A DNA stretch of 32,000 bases from Micrococcus luteus NCTC 2665 (GTDB lineage Bacteria > Actinomycetota > Actinomycetes > Actinomycetales > Micrococcaceae), in NCBI RefSeq assembly GCF_000023205.1, contig NC_012803.1:510001-542000 (forward strand), written 5' to 3'. Below are positions 9,494-18,019 of this stretch, one piece after another (the stretch's first letter is position 1; every line of letters starts with the position of its first letter). The notes below the pieces were generated by a model. That model did no database searches and was not told the DNA's origin. It was given only the letters and a program-made list of their open reading frames with translations. Position numbers and translations under genes: made by a program.

Positions 9494-11010
9494 GGCCCCC
9501 GCGGGCCGGTCAGGCCGCGCGCGGCGCGGCGCCGCCGGACCACGTCCAGGGCCGCGACCACGGCGGTGAGCGCCCAGCACACGGCCACCATGCCCATGGC
9601 GGTCGAGGCCGCGTGTGCGTACGCCGCGGCCGACGGCGGGCCGGCGCTCTCGGCTGCGGCGCCGGCCAGGGCCGCGAAGAACGCGCCCGTCACCACGGAC
9701 AGGCCCAGGGCGGTGCCGAGGCGCTGCGCCGTCTGGGCGACGCCGCCGGCCGCCCCCGCCTCGTGGCCGGCGACGTCGTCCATCATCAGCACCTGCGTGC
9801 TGGTGAGCAGCAGGGCCTGCGAGGCCGACTGCACGATCAGCCCCACCCCCACGATCCACGGCGACCACGCGCCGGCCGCGCTGCGCTCGAACGCGAGCGC
9901 GAGCAACCCCAGCGACACGAGGCCCACGAGGGCGCCGAGCAGCACGAGCACGGGCCCGCGCCGCTGCACCATCGAGCCCACCCACGGGGACAGGGAGGCC
10001 ACGACGACGGCGCCGGGCAGACCCACGAGGCCGGCCTCGAGCGGCGTGAACCCCATGCCGCGCTGCAGGAAGATCGCCACGATCGCGAACACCGCCGGCA
10101 TGGTGGCCAGGTAGATGGTGGACTCGAGCGCGCCGATCGTGAAGGACGGCCGCCGGAACAGGGCCGGGTCCACCATGGGCTGCACGCCAGTGGCCGACGC
10201 CCGTGCCTTCACGCGTTTCTCCCACAGCCACCACGCCGTCACGAGCGCGGCGGCGAGCACCAGCAGCCAGGCGGTGCCCGGGACGATGAACGGCACCATG
10301 AGGCTCACCCCGCCGGCGCCGAGCAGCAGGGCGCCCACCGGGTCGAGCGCGGCGATCCCGCGCGGGCCGGGGGCGGGGGGCAGGCCGTGCACGCGGGTGG
10401 GCGGCGGCAGCCAGAGGGCGCCCATCGCGACGGCGGCCAGGCCCACGGGCACATTCATGAGGAACGTGGAGCGCCAGCCCCACTCGGGGCCGAACGCGCC
10501 GAGGAACAGCCCGCCGAGCAGGGGCCCCACGGCCACGCCGAGGCCCACCACGGTGCCGAAGAGTCCGTAGGCCCGCCCGCGGGCGCGGCCGTGGAAGTTC
10601 GACTGGATGAACCCGATGACCTGGGGGTTGAACACGCCTGCGCCCAGGCCCGTGAGCAGGCGCCCCGCGTTGAGCAGCAGGGTGTCCCCGGCCAGGCCGG
10701 AGAGCAGGGAGCCGAGCATGTACAGCGTGATGCCCGCCAGGAAGAGGCTCTTGCGGCCCCACAGGTCGCCGGCGCGGCCCGCGGCCACGAGCACGGTGCC
10801 GAACGTCAGCGTGTACCCCGCCAGCACCCACTGCAGATCCGCGCTCGTGGCGTCCAGGCCCGACTCGATGGCCGGCAGCGCCACGTTCACCACGGACACG
10901 CTCATCAGCGCGAGGAAGAGCGGCATGAGCAGTGCGGTGAGGATGCGGCGCTGGTCAGGGGTGAAGGCCCCGGACGCGGGGTCGGCGGGGTGCGGGGGGC
11001 GGGGGGTCAT
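9421..11010 (-). CDS. MFS transporter, DHA2 (EmrB/QacA-like, 14-TM) drug:H+ antiporter family
   Basis: MTPRPPHPADP...LMPLFLALMSVSVVNVALPAI...LQWVLAGYTLTFG..., MFS motif A GRAGDLWGRK, many hydrophobic spans, 529 aa. Start taken at ATG 11010. The longer track ORF (to 11484) runs through the divergent gene. The 3' end overlaps the convergent permease by 73 nt. Confidence 0.88.
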   Translation of the reverse strand: MTPRPPHPADPASGAFTPDQRRILTALLMPLFLALMSVSVVNVALPAIESGLDATSADLQWVLAGYTLTFGTVLVAAGRAGDLWGRKSLFLAGITLYMLGSLLSGLAGDTLLLNAGRLLTGLGAGVFNPQVIGFIQSNFHGRARGRAYGLFGTVVGLGVAVGPLLGGLFLGAFGPEWGWRSTFLMNVPVGLAAVAMGALWLPPPTRVHGLPPAPGPRGIAALDPVGALLLGAGGVSLMVPFIVPGTAWLLVLAAALVTAWWLWEKRVKARASATGVQPMVDPALFRRPSFTIGALESTIYLATMPAVFAIVAIFLQRGMGFTPLEAGLVGLPGAVVVASLSPWVGSMVQRRGPVLVLLGALVGLVSLGLLALAFERSAAGAWSPWIVGVGLIVQSASQALLLTSTQVLMMDDVAGHEAGAAGGVAQTAQRLGTALGLSVVTGAFFAALAGAAAESAGPPSAAAYAHAASTAMGMVAVCWALTAVVAALDVVRRRRAARGLTGPRGPQRRNSAPSRRAASHTPTPAITTK

Positions 11011-11016
11011 CGCCAC

Positions 11017-11022
11017 AGGATA
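11017..11022 (-). promoter_or_regulatory. Candidate -10 box TATCCT, 6 nt upstream of the MFS ATG (leaderless-type start)
   Basis: The minus strand reads cacc-TATCCT-gtggcg-ATG, with no SD. Confidence 0.35.
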
Positions 11023-11112
11023 GGTGCCGACGCGGGCCGCCCGATTCGGAGCGCACCCCACGATGCGGGATGATGGAGGGCAGACCCCACGAGCCCCTCC
11101 GGAGGAGCACCC

Positions 11113-11676
11113 ATGTCCCAGTCCCTGACCCCCGGTCCCGACGGCGCGCGCCGCGGCCCCCGCGCCGGCCTGCGCGTGGGATCGCTCGGCTTCGTCGCGA
11201 TGATCGTCATCCTGATCGTGGCGATCATCTTCGCCGCGAACCAGAACGACGTGATCGGGTGGCTCGTGGTCGCCGTCGCCGCCGGCTGGCTCGTGTTCGC
11301 GGTGGTCGTGTACCTGCAGATGCGCCGCGGCGTCCAGGCCGTGGGCCGCAAGGTGGACACCGCCATGCAGAACGCCCGCGCCGACGTCGCCGCCCTGCGC
11401 GGCCGGGACACCGACGCCGCCGCCCCCGCGGTGGCCCCGCAGGCACCGGCCGCGGACCCCCTGCGGGACACCAAGCTGGACCACTCGTTCAAGATCGCCC
11501 AGGTGCAGGTGCGCGTGGTGCGCGAGCAGCTCGCCGCGGGCGAGGGCATGGATCGCGAGATGGTGGACCGCGCCCTGGAGACCATCGACATCACGGCCTC
11601 CAACGCCCGCGACATGATCAAGGAGTCCCGGGCCGGTGACACCGAGGGCCCGGTGAGCGGGACGGTGATCGACTGA
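11113..11676 (+). CDS. Hypothetical membrane protein (2 predicted TM helices plus a helical cytoplasmic domain)
   Basis: GGAGGAG SD 5 nt upstream and strong G/C third-position bias. Hydrophobic spans are LGFVAMIVILIVAIIFAA and GWLVVAVAAGWLVFAVVVYL. I recognise no family. The stop overlaps the xthA start (TGATG). Confidence 0.7.
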   Translation: MSQSLTPGPDGARRGPRAGLRVGSLGFVAMIVILIVAIIFAANQNDVIGWLVVAVAAGWLVFAVVVYLQMRRGVQAVGRKVDTAMQNARADVAALRGRDTDAAAPAVAPQAPAADPLRDTKLDHSFKIAQVQVRVVREQLAAGEGMDREMVDRALETIDITASNARDMIKESRAGDTEGPVSGTVID

Positions 11677-12602
11677 TGACGGCGCTGCCCGAGAAGGACC
11701 CGGTCACCGGGAAGTACCCCGAGCCCGCCGAGGGCGAGCCCGTGGTGCACGCCAACGCCGGGGCGCCCAAGGCCGACGGCGCCGTGCGCGTGGCCACCGT
11801 GAACGTCAACGGCATCCGCGCCTCGCACCGCAAGGGGATGCGGGAGTGGTTCGCCGGCCGCGGCGTGGACGTGCTCACCCTCCAGGAGGTGCGCGCCCCC
11901 GCGGACGTCACGGCGCAGCTGGTCAGCGAGATCGTGGGCGAGGACTGGGACGAGGTGCACCTGGCGGACGCCGTGGCCGCCGCCAAGGGGCGGGCCGGCG
12001 TCGCGATCGCCTCGCGGTTCCCGCTCGGTGAGGTCCGCACGGGCATCGCCGACGCCGACGGGTACTTCGACGACGCCGGCCGCTGGATCGAGGCCGACCT
12101 GCGCCTGCCGGACGGCTCGCCGCTGACCGTGGTCTCCGCCTACGTGCACTCGGGCGAGGTCGACACCCCGAAGCAGGTGGACAAGTACCGGTTCCTCGAC
12201 GAGATGGTCCGCCGCCTCTCCGAGCTGGCCGCGGGGGAGGGGCACGCCCTCGTCACGGGCGACCTCAACGTGGGCCACACCGAGCTGGACATCAAGAACT
12301 GGAAGGGCAACGTGAAGAAGGCCGGCTTCCTGCCCGAGGAGCGCGCCTACTTCGACCGGTTCTTCGGTGAGCTCGGCTTCACGGACGTGCACCGCGCCCT
12401 CGCCGGGCCGGTGCCGGGCCCGTACACGTGGTGGTCCATGCGCGGCAAGGCCTTCGACAACGACGCCGGGTGGCGCATCGACTACCACATGGCGACCGCG
12501 GACCTGGCCGAGCGGGCGACGACCGCCGTCGTGGACCGCGCCCCCAGCTGGGGCACCCGCTTCTCCGACCATGCCCCGCTCGTGGTCGACTACCAGTTCT
12601 GA
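11676..12602 (+). CDS. xthA: Exodeoxyribonuclease III (EEP-family AP endonuclease)
   Basis: [13 protein letters not shown]...[11 protein letters not shown]...[11 protein letters not shown]...WRIDYHM...[11 protein letters not shown]. The ~36-codon N-terminal extension has coding-like G/C3 bias. An alternative start is GTG 11784. Confidence 0.9.
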   Translation: MTALPEKDPVTGKYPEPAEGEPVVHANAGAPKADGAVRVATVNVNGIRASHRKGMREWFAGRGVDVLTLQEVRAPADVTAQLVSEIVGEDWDEVHLADAVAAAKGRAGVAIASRFPLGEVRTGIADADGYFDDAGRWIEADLRLPDGSPLTVVSAYVHSGEVDTPKQVDKYRFLDEMVRRLSELAAGEGHALVTGDLNVGHTELDIKNWKGNVKKAGFLPEERAYFDRFFGELGFTDVHRALAGPVPGPYTWWSMRGKAFDNDAGWRIDYHMATADLAERATTAVVDRAPSWGTRFSDHAPLVVDYQF

Positions 12603-12628
12603 CCGTGCAGGAGAGACCCGAGGCTGAG

Positions 12629-13711
12629 ATGACCATGAAGAAGAACTCCGTCCAGGACGTCCTGGCCCAGGACGCCGCCGCCACCGCCCACCTGGCCGGC
12701 GCGTCCGCCCGGCACCGCGTGCTCTCCGGCATGCAGCCCTCGGCGGACTCCCTCCACCTGGGCAACTACCTCGGCGCCCTCGTGAACTGGGAGCGCACCC
12801 AGGCCGACTTCGAGGCGTTCTTCTTCATCCCCGACCTGCACGCCATCACCGTGCCGCAGGACCCGGCCGCCCTGGCGGAGCGCACGCGGGTGGCTGCCGC
12901 GCAGTTCATCGCCGGCGGCATCGACCCCGAGCGCTCCACGCTGTTCGTCCAGTCCCAGGTGCCCGAGCACGCGCAGCTGGCGTGGGTGCTGACCTGCATG
13001 ACCGGCATGGGCGAGGCCATGCGGATGACCCAGTTCAAGGACAAGTCCGCCAAGCAGGGCGCGGACGCGGCTGGCGTCGGCCTGCTCGCGTACCCCATGC
13101 TCATGGCCGCGGACATCCTGCTCTACCAGCCGCATGGCGTGCCCGTGGGCGACGACCAGCGCCAGCACGTGGAGCTCACCCGCGACCTCGCCCAGCGCTT
13201 CAACCACCGCTACGGCGAGACGTTCGTGGTGCCCACCGGCTTCTACCCGGAGACCGGCGCGCGCATCTACGACCTGCAGGACCCCACGTCGAAGATGTCC
13301 AAGTCCGCGGCGTCCCCGAACGGTCTCATCAACGTGCTGGACGAGCCCAAGAAGACCGCCAAGAAGATCAAGTCCGCGGTCACCGACGACGGCACCGAGG
13401 CGCGCTTCGACCGCGAGGCCAAGCCCGGCGTCTCCAACCTGCTGACCATCCTCTCCGCGGTGTCCGGCACGCCGATCCCGCAGCTCGAGGAGGAGTTCGT
13501 CGGCAAGATGTACGGGCACCTCAAGGTCGCGGTGGCGGACGCCGTCGTCGAGCGCCTGGCCCCCGTGCGTGAGCGCGCCCTCGCGCTGCTGGACGATCCC
13601 GCCGAGCTCGACCGCATCCTCGCCGCCGGCGCCGAGAAGGCCCGCGCCGTGGCCACGCCCGTGCTCGAGGACGTCTACGCCAAGGTCGGCTTCCTGCCGC
13701 CGCTGCGTTGA
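12629..13711 (+). CDS. trpS: Tryptophan--tRNA ligase
   Basis: The HIGH-type motif is [11 protein letters not shown]. Other motifs are [39 protein letters not shown] and KMSKS. Start at ATG 12629 with GAGG 5 nt upstream. The track ORF start at 12428 lies inside xthA. Confidence 0.93.
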   Translation: MTMKKNSVQDVLAQDAAATAHLAGASARHRVLSGMQPSADSLHLGNYLGALVNWERTQADFEAFFFIPDLHAITVPQDPAALAERTRVAAAQFIAGGIDPERSTLFVQSQVPEHAQLAWVLTCMTGMGEAMRMTQFKDKSAKQGADAAGVGLLAYPMLMAADILLYQPHGVPVGDDQRQHVELTRDLAQRFNHRYGETFVVPTGFYPETGARIYDLQDPTSKMSKSAASPNGLINVLDEPKKTAKKIKSAVTDDGTEARFDREAKPGVSNLLTILSAVSGTPIPQLEEEFVGKMYGHLKVAVADAVVERLAPVRERALALLDDPAELDRILAAGAEKARAVATPVLEDVYAKVGFLPPLR

Positions 13712-13740
13712 GCCGGGCCGCACCGGCTCCGCGGCCTCCC

Positions 13741-13792
13741 GACGACGGCCCGCGCCTCCGACCTGCGGGGGACGCGGGCCGTCGTGTTTCTC
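13741..13792 (+). terminator. Intrinsic terminator after trpS
   Basis: A 13-bp perfect stem (13742-13754 / 13773-13785) extends to about 19 bp with one bulge, and is followed by GTTTCTC. Confidence 0.6.
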
Positions 13793-13900
13793 CGACTCGA
13801 GGTGGAGGCGGTGGCACGTGCGCGGCTGACAGGATGGAGGCACCGCCCCCGCTCCTGCCGCCGTGGGGGCGTGCCCCACCGACAGAGGAGTGCCGGAGCC

Positions 13901-14662
13901 ATGTCCACCGCAGTCGCGACCCCCGGGGTCGCCGAGGTCCCGCCCGGGGCCGAACCCGTCCTGGAGACGGAGAACCTCGTCAAGGTCTACGGTCGCGGGG
14001 CGTCCCGCTTCGACGCGCTGAAGGGCATCACCCTGCAGATCCAGCGCGGCGAGTCCCTGGCCGTCGTCGGCAAGTCCGGCTCCGGCAAGTCCACCCTGAT
14101 GCACCTGCTGGCGCTGCTGGACCAGCCCTCCGCCGGCGTCGTCGCGATGGACGGCCGTCCCGTCTCCCAGCTCAAGGCCGCGGAGATCTCGCAGCTGCGC
14201 AACGAGCGGTTCGGCTTCGTGTTCCAGCAGTTCTTCCTGAACCCGAACCAGACGGTCCTGGAGAACACCGTGCTGCCGCTGAAGATCGCCGGCGTGGGCC
14301 GGGCCGAGCGCACCCGCCGAGGCATGGCGGTGCTCGAGCGGCTCGAGCTCGCGGACAAGGCGAAGAACAAGGCCACGGACCTCTCCGGCGGCCAGAAGCA
14401 GCGCGTGTGCATCGCCCGCGCGCTCGTGAACAACCCGACGGTGCTGTTCGCGGACGAGCCCACGGGCAACCTGGACTCCGCCACCTCGGCGGCCGTGGAG
14501 GACATCCTCTTCGGCCTGCACCGCGACGAGGGCATCACCCTCGTGGTGGTCACGCACGACGACGACCTGGCCGCGAAGTGCGACCGTCGCGTCGAGCTGC
14601 AGGACGGCGTGGTCATCGCCGACGAGCGCGTCGGCACCGAGCGGGACGGAGCACGGGCATGA
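13901..14662 (+). CDS. ABC transporter ATP-binding protein, MacB/LolD-type
   Basis: Walker A VVGKSGSGKST, Q-loop FVFQQF, signature LSGGQKQRV, Walker B VLFADEPTGNLD, H-loop VTHD. AGAGGAG SD lies upstream of ATG 13901. The track start at 13784 adds an Arg-rich non-coding-looking extension. Confidence 0.9.
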   Translation: MSTAVATPGVAEVPPGAEPVLETENLVKVYGRGASRFDALKGITLQIQRGESLAVVGKSGSGKSTLMHLLALLDQPSAGVVAMDGRPVSQLKAAEISQLRNERFGFVFQQFFLNPNQTVLENTVLPLKIAGVGRAERTRRGMAVLERLELADKAKNKATDLSGGQKQRVCIARALVNNPTVLFADEPTGNLDSATSAAVEDILFGLHRDEGITLVVVTHDDDLAAKCDRRVELQDGVVIADERVGTERDGARA

Positions 14663-15942
14663 AGGCCATCGACGTCGCGGGCACGGCGCTCGCCAACACG
14701 ATGCGCTCCAAGCTGCGCACCTTCCTCACCGTCGTCGCGATCGTGATCGGCGCATTCACGCTGACCCTCACCACGGGGCTCGGCGCGGGCATCAACAAGT
14801 ACGTGGACAACGTGGTCGAGGGCTTCGGCCAGCCCGGCGAGCTGACCGTGATGAAGCAGCAGGACATGTCCTCGGTCGGGGCGGTGAGCGGTTCGCCCCA
14901 GGAGTACACGGAGCAGGACGCCGCCGGCGGCGAGATGTTCGGCATGCCGCTGCTCACCCAGGAGGACCTCGCCGCGATCGAGGACACCGAGCTCGTCACC
15001 GAGGTGAAGACCTATCGGGTGGCCGAGCCGGAGTACATCCAGGGCCCGGACGACCGCAAGTGGCAGACCGGCTTCATGGGCAGCTCCGGTGAGATCGACA
15101 TGCTCACCTTCGCCGCCGGCCGTGCCCCCGAGGCCGGCGCCTCGGAGATCGTCATGCCCGAGTCGTGGGTGGAGGACCTGGGCGCCAGCGACGCCGAGGA
15201 CCTGATCGGCACGGAGCTGACCGTCGTGGCGGCGACCCCGCTGCAGGAGCAGAAGTCCGTGAAGGCCACCGTGGTCGGTGTGACGAAGGCGGCCGCGTCC
15301 GGTGCGGGCACCGCCCCGACGCCGTCGGAGTCGCTGGAGCAGGCGATCTACGACATCACGACGGAGGGCCTGCCGGAGTCCCAGCGGGACACCTACTTCC
15401 AGGCCACGGCGATCGTGGAGGACCCGGAGGCGAACGAGGACGCCGTGAAGCAGGCGCTGGCCGACAAGGGCCTGCTGGCGCAGACCCTCGAGGAGCAGCT
15501 CGGCGTGATCCGCGGCGTCATCGACGCCGTCACGTGGGTGCTCACCGGCTTCGCGCTCATCGCGCTGCTCGCCGCCAGCTTCGGCATCATCAACACCCTG
15601 CTCATGGCGGTGCAGGAGCGCACCCGGGAGATCGGCCTCATGAAGGCCCTCGGCATGACCGGCGGGAAGATCTTCGGCCTGTTCACCATGGAGGCCGTCG
15701 TGATCGGCCTGCTCGGCTCGCTGATCGGCATCGGCCTGGGCGTCGCCGTCGGACTCATCGCGAACCAAGTGCTGACCACCGGCCCCCTCAGCGGCGTCAC
15801 CGGCCTGGTCCTGTTCGCGGTCAACCCCCTCGCCCTGCTGCTGATCCTGCTGCTGATCGTGGCCATCGCGTTCATCGCCGGCACCTTGCCCGCCCTGCGT
15901 GCGGCCCGGAAGGATCCCATCGAGGCCCTGCGGCACGAGTGA
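14659..15942 (+). CDS. ABC transporter permease, FtsX/MacB-type (4 TM with a large extracytoplasmic domain)
   Basis: MKAIDVAGTALANTMRSKLRTFLTVVAIVIGAFTLT..., then a ~250-aa acidic extracytoplasmic region, then the FtsX core LLMAVQERTREIGLMKALGMTGGKIFGLFTMEAVVIGLLGSLIG...PALRAARKDPIEALRHE. ATGA start/stop overlap with the ATPase. Confidence 0.88.
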   Translation: MKAIDVAGTALANTMRSKLRTFLTVVAIVIGAFTLTLTTGLGAGINKYVDNVVEGFGQPGELTVMKQQDMSSVGAVSGSPQEYTEQDAAGGEMFGMPLLTQEDLAAIEDTELVTEVKTYRVAEPEYIQGPDDRKWQTGFMGSSGEIDMLTFAAGRAPEAGASEIVMPESWVEDLGASDAEDLIGTELTVVAATPLQEQKSVKATVVGVTKAAASGAGTAPTPSESLEQAIYDITTEGLPESQRDTYFQATAIVEDPEANEDAVKQALADKGLLAQTLEEQLGVIRGVIDAVTWVLTGFALIALLAASFGIINTLLMAVQERTREIGLMKALGMTGGKIFGLFTMEAVVIGLLGSLIGIGLGVAVGLIANQVLTTGPLSGVTGLVLFAVNPLALLLILLLIVAIAFIAGTLPALRAARKDPIEALRHE

Positions 15943-16000
15943 TCCGGCTGCCGCGCCCGTCACCGCCATCACCGTCACCCACGACACCGAGGAGCTCACC

Positions 16001-16606
16001 ATGACCACCGATCGACCGAACCAGGACCCGAACCCGGACCAGCACCCCGCCGCGGGCTCCCGCTACGGCACGCAGCCCTACGCGGCCCCGGGCTACGGCG
16101 CCCAGCCGGGCAGCCCGTACGGCACCGTCCCGGAGCCGGCCGCGTTCCCCGCCCTCCTGACGCTGACGCTCACGTCGCTCGCGCTGTACGTGCTGTCCGC
16201 CCTGCCGGGCCTGTTCGGCGGCGGGGAGAGCATCGAGAGCATGCGGGACTCCCTTCGCCAGAGCGGCCTCACCCCGGAGCAGGTGGAGGAGATCGCGCCC
16301 GTCGTGGGCGCCTCCGTGACGGTGGGAACGATCATCGTCCTGCTCATCGGCGTGGCCCTGTACGCCCTGGTGTACTTCAACCTCCGCGGGGCCAAGAACT
16401 GGGCCCGCATCCTCGGCATCGTCTTGGCGATCCTGGGCACCCTCAGTGCCGTCGGCGGCATCTTCTCCTTCGTGACCTTCCCCGGCATCGGCGGCGTCCT
16501 GGCCTCCGTGCTGAGCCTGGCGCTGGTGATCGTGAACATCCTGTGGCTGGTCAAGGCCTTCAACCCGCAGGTCGCGGCCTACACCCGTCAGGGCCGCCGC
16601 GCCTGA
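16001..16606 (+). CDS. Uncharacterised membrane protein, paralogue 1 (Pro/Gly/Tyr-rich N-terminus plus about 4 TM)
   Basis: GAGGAG SD at 15989-15994 and high G/C3. The N-terminus contains SRYGTQPYAAPGYGAQPGSPYG. Motifs shared with paralogue 2: ALLTLTLTSLALYVLS, NWARILG, FVTFP, WLVKAFNP. Confidence 0.7.
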   Translation: MTTDRPNQDPNPDQHPAAGSRYGTQPYAAPGYGAQPGSPYGTVPEPAAFPALLTLTLTSLALYVLSALPGLFGGGESIESMRDSLRQSGLTPEQVEEIAPVVGASVTVGTIIVLLIGVALYALVYFNLRGAKNWARILGIVLAILGTLSAVGGIFSFVTFPGIGGVLASVLSLALVIVNILWLVKAFNPQVAAYTRQGRRA

Positions 16607-16684
16607 TCCCGACGCCGTTCGCCGGCGGCGAGTCCGGGGTCGCCACCCCTCGCCCCGGCGTCGGCCAGCGGAGACCATGGCGAC

Positions 16685-17299
16685 ATGGCCTCCGATCATC
16701 GACCCCCGCATCCCATGTCCCCCCACCCCGACGACCTGGACGGCGGCGGGCGGCCCGTGGTGGGTCCGGACGAGGCGCGGCGGCGCATCGCCGGGCACTC
16801 CGGTCCGGACGCCCGCCCGCTGATCCGCCCCGACGCCCGCACCCCCGGCGTGTTCCGGGCGCTGCTCGGACTGACGGTCGCGTCCGCGGTCCTCTACGCC
16901 GCGTCGATCCTGCGCAACCTCCTCCCGGGCGCGGCCCAGGACATCGCGGACTCGCTGCCCGAGGGCAGCGCGCAGTCGCCCGCGATGACCACCGAGGCGA
17001 TCGAGGGCGCCCTCACCGGCAGCGTCTGGTTCGCGACCCTGCTGGGCCTGGCGGTCTACGCGACCGTCCTCGTCGGCCTGACCCGGCGCAGCAACACGGC
17101 GCGCATCATGGGCGCCCTGTTCGCCTCGATCGCCATCTTCGTGACCCTGCTGGGGACCATCCGCCTGTTCGTCTTCCCCGCCGGGGACGTCGTGCTGCCC
17201 CTGGTCCTGGGCGGGCTGTTCGCGCTCGTGAACGCGGCCTGGCTCGTGTGCGCCTTCAACCCCGGCCTCGCGACGACCTTCCTGCGCCGCCGGGCATGA
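16685..17299 (+). CDS. Uncharacterised membrane protein, paralogue 2
   Basis: Collinear with paralogue 1: ALLGLTVASAVLYAAS, GLTRRSNTARIMG, FVFP, WLVCAFNP, and the same RRA C-terminus. GGAGAC lies 8 nt upstream. Confidence 0.65.
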   Translation: MASDHRPPHPMSPHPDDLDGGGRPVVGPDEARRRIAGHSGPDARPLIRPDARTPGVFRALLGLTVASAVLYAASILRNLLPGAAQDIADSLPEGSAQSPAMTTEAIEGALTGSVWFATLLGLAVYATVLVGLTRRSNTARIMGALFASIAIFVTLLGTIRLFVFPAGDVVLPLVLGGLFALVNAAWLVCAFNPGLATTFLRRRA

Positions 17300-17306
17300 T
17301 GGGGGC

Positions 17307-17834
17307 ATGCACCCCCTCGACGACGATCCCCACGCCGCCACGGACCGCGACCCCGCCCCCGACCGCGCGGCCCTGCGTCCCCTGCGCCTGTTCCAGACCG
17401 TCACGGCGGTCACGGGGGCACTGAGCGCGGCCGGCGTGGGGGGCGTACTCGCGCTGCAATCGACGCCCGGCTACGCCCGCGCCGTGCTGGAGGCGCGCTC
17501 CTGGGGCGCGAGCGAGGTGACCGACGCCGACGTCGCCGCGTTCCTCACCCCGGCGGGGGCGTGGCCGGTGGCCGCCGCGGCGGTGGTCGTCCTGACCCTG
17601 GTGCTCCTGGCCGGCATCACCCGCCGGATCCGGGCCGTGCGCCCCGTGGGGAGCGTGTTCGTGGTGCTGGGGATGCTCACGGCGGCCTTCTGGATGGTCG
17701 ACGGCGGGCGGATGGTGCAGGCCGGGGGAGGGGGTCCGGCCGTGCTGGGGGCCGTCGTCGGGATGCTCGTGTCCAGCGCGGTGTGGCTGCGTGTGGCGCA
17801 CCGGCGGGAGACGCGCGACGCCTTCGACGCCTGA
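17307..17834 (+). CDS. Uncharacterised membrane protein, divergent paralogue 3
   Basis: Same topology, with a retained loop motif GITRRIRAVRPVGSVF (compare GLTRRSNTARIMGALF) and AVWLRVAH (compare AAWLVCAF). It starts 7 nt after paralogue 2. High G/C3. Confidence 0.55.
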   Translation: MHPLDDDPHAATDRDPAPDRAALRPLRLFQTVTAVTGALSAAGVGGVLALQSTPGYARAVLEARSWGASEVTDADVAAFLTPAGAWPVAAAAVVVLTLVLLAGITRRIRAVRPVGSVFVVLGMLTAAFWMVDGGRMVQAGGGGPAVLGAVVGMLVSSAVWLRVAHRRETRDAFDA

Positions 17835-17882
17835 GCTCGCGCCGCCTCCGCCTCCGCCTCCGGTCCCGCCCCCGTCCCCATG

Positions 17883-17941
17883 CCGAGGCCCGCAGACACG
17901 CCGCTACACCGGGCCGGTGACGGCGCGTCTGCGGGCCTCGG
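17883..17941. terminator. Long hairpin in the convergent spacer (15-bp perfect outer stem plus 5 more bp after a mismatch)
   Basis: CCGAGGCCCGCAGAC ... GTCTGCGGGCCTCGG. It follows paralogue 3 on the plus strand. Confidence 0.5.
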
Positions 17942-17957
17942 CGGGAGGGGCACCCCT

Positions 17958-18010
17958 CCACGACGACGGCGGCCCGCCTCCTCGAGCGAGGAGACGGGCC
18001 GCCGTCGTGG
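17958..18010. terminator. Long hairpin immediately downstream of sdhB (minus strand)
   Basis: CCACGAC(gac)GGCGGCCCG ... CGGGCCGCCGTCGTGG, with an inner CTCCTC/GAGGAG stem and a GAGC loop. It ends 9 nt from the sdhB stop (18020-18022). No U-tract. Confidence 0.55.
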
Positions 18011-18019
18011 TGCGGGGGA

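Noticed and set aside
6620-10831. Giant ORFs with no homology (1403 aa on minus; also 7990..11073 +, 12590..14557 -, 13987..16008 -, 25801..28686 -, 27267..30101 -, 2364..3905 -, 4644..6551 -)
   Set aside because: They are Arg/Gly/Ala/Pro/His-rich translations lying antisense or out of frame to well-supported genes. They are the stop-poor shadow frames expected at this G+C content, and their third-position G/C bias favours the annotated frames.
13784-13900. ATG 13784 as the start of the MacB-type ATPase
   Set aside because: It overlaps the trpS terminator stem, and the extension is Arg-rich noise. ATG 13901 has an AGAGGAG SD.
17844-17861. Hexamer microsatellite (GCCTCC)x3 in the spacer after paralogue 3
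   Set aside because: It has only three units in non-coding G+C-rich DNA, which is too short to argue for phase variation or any function.
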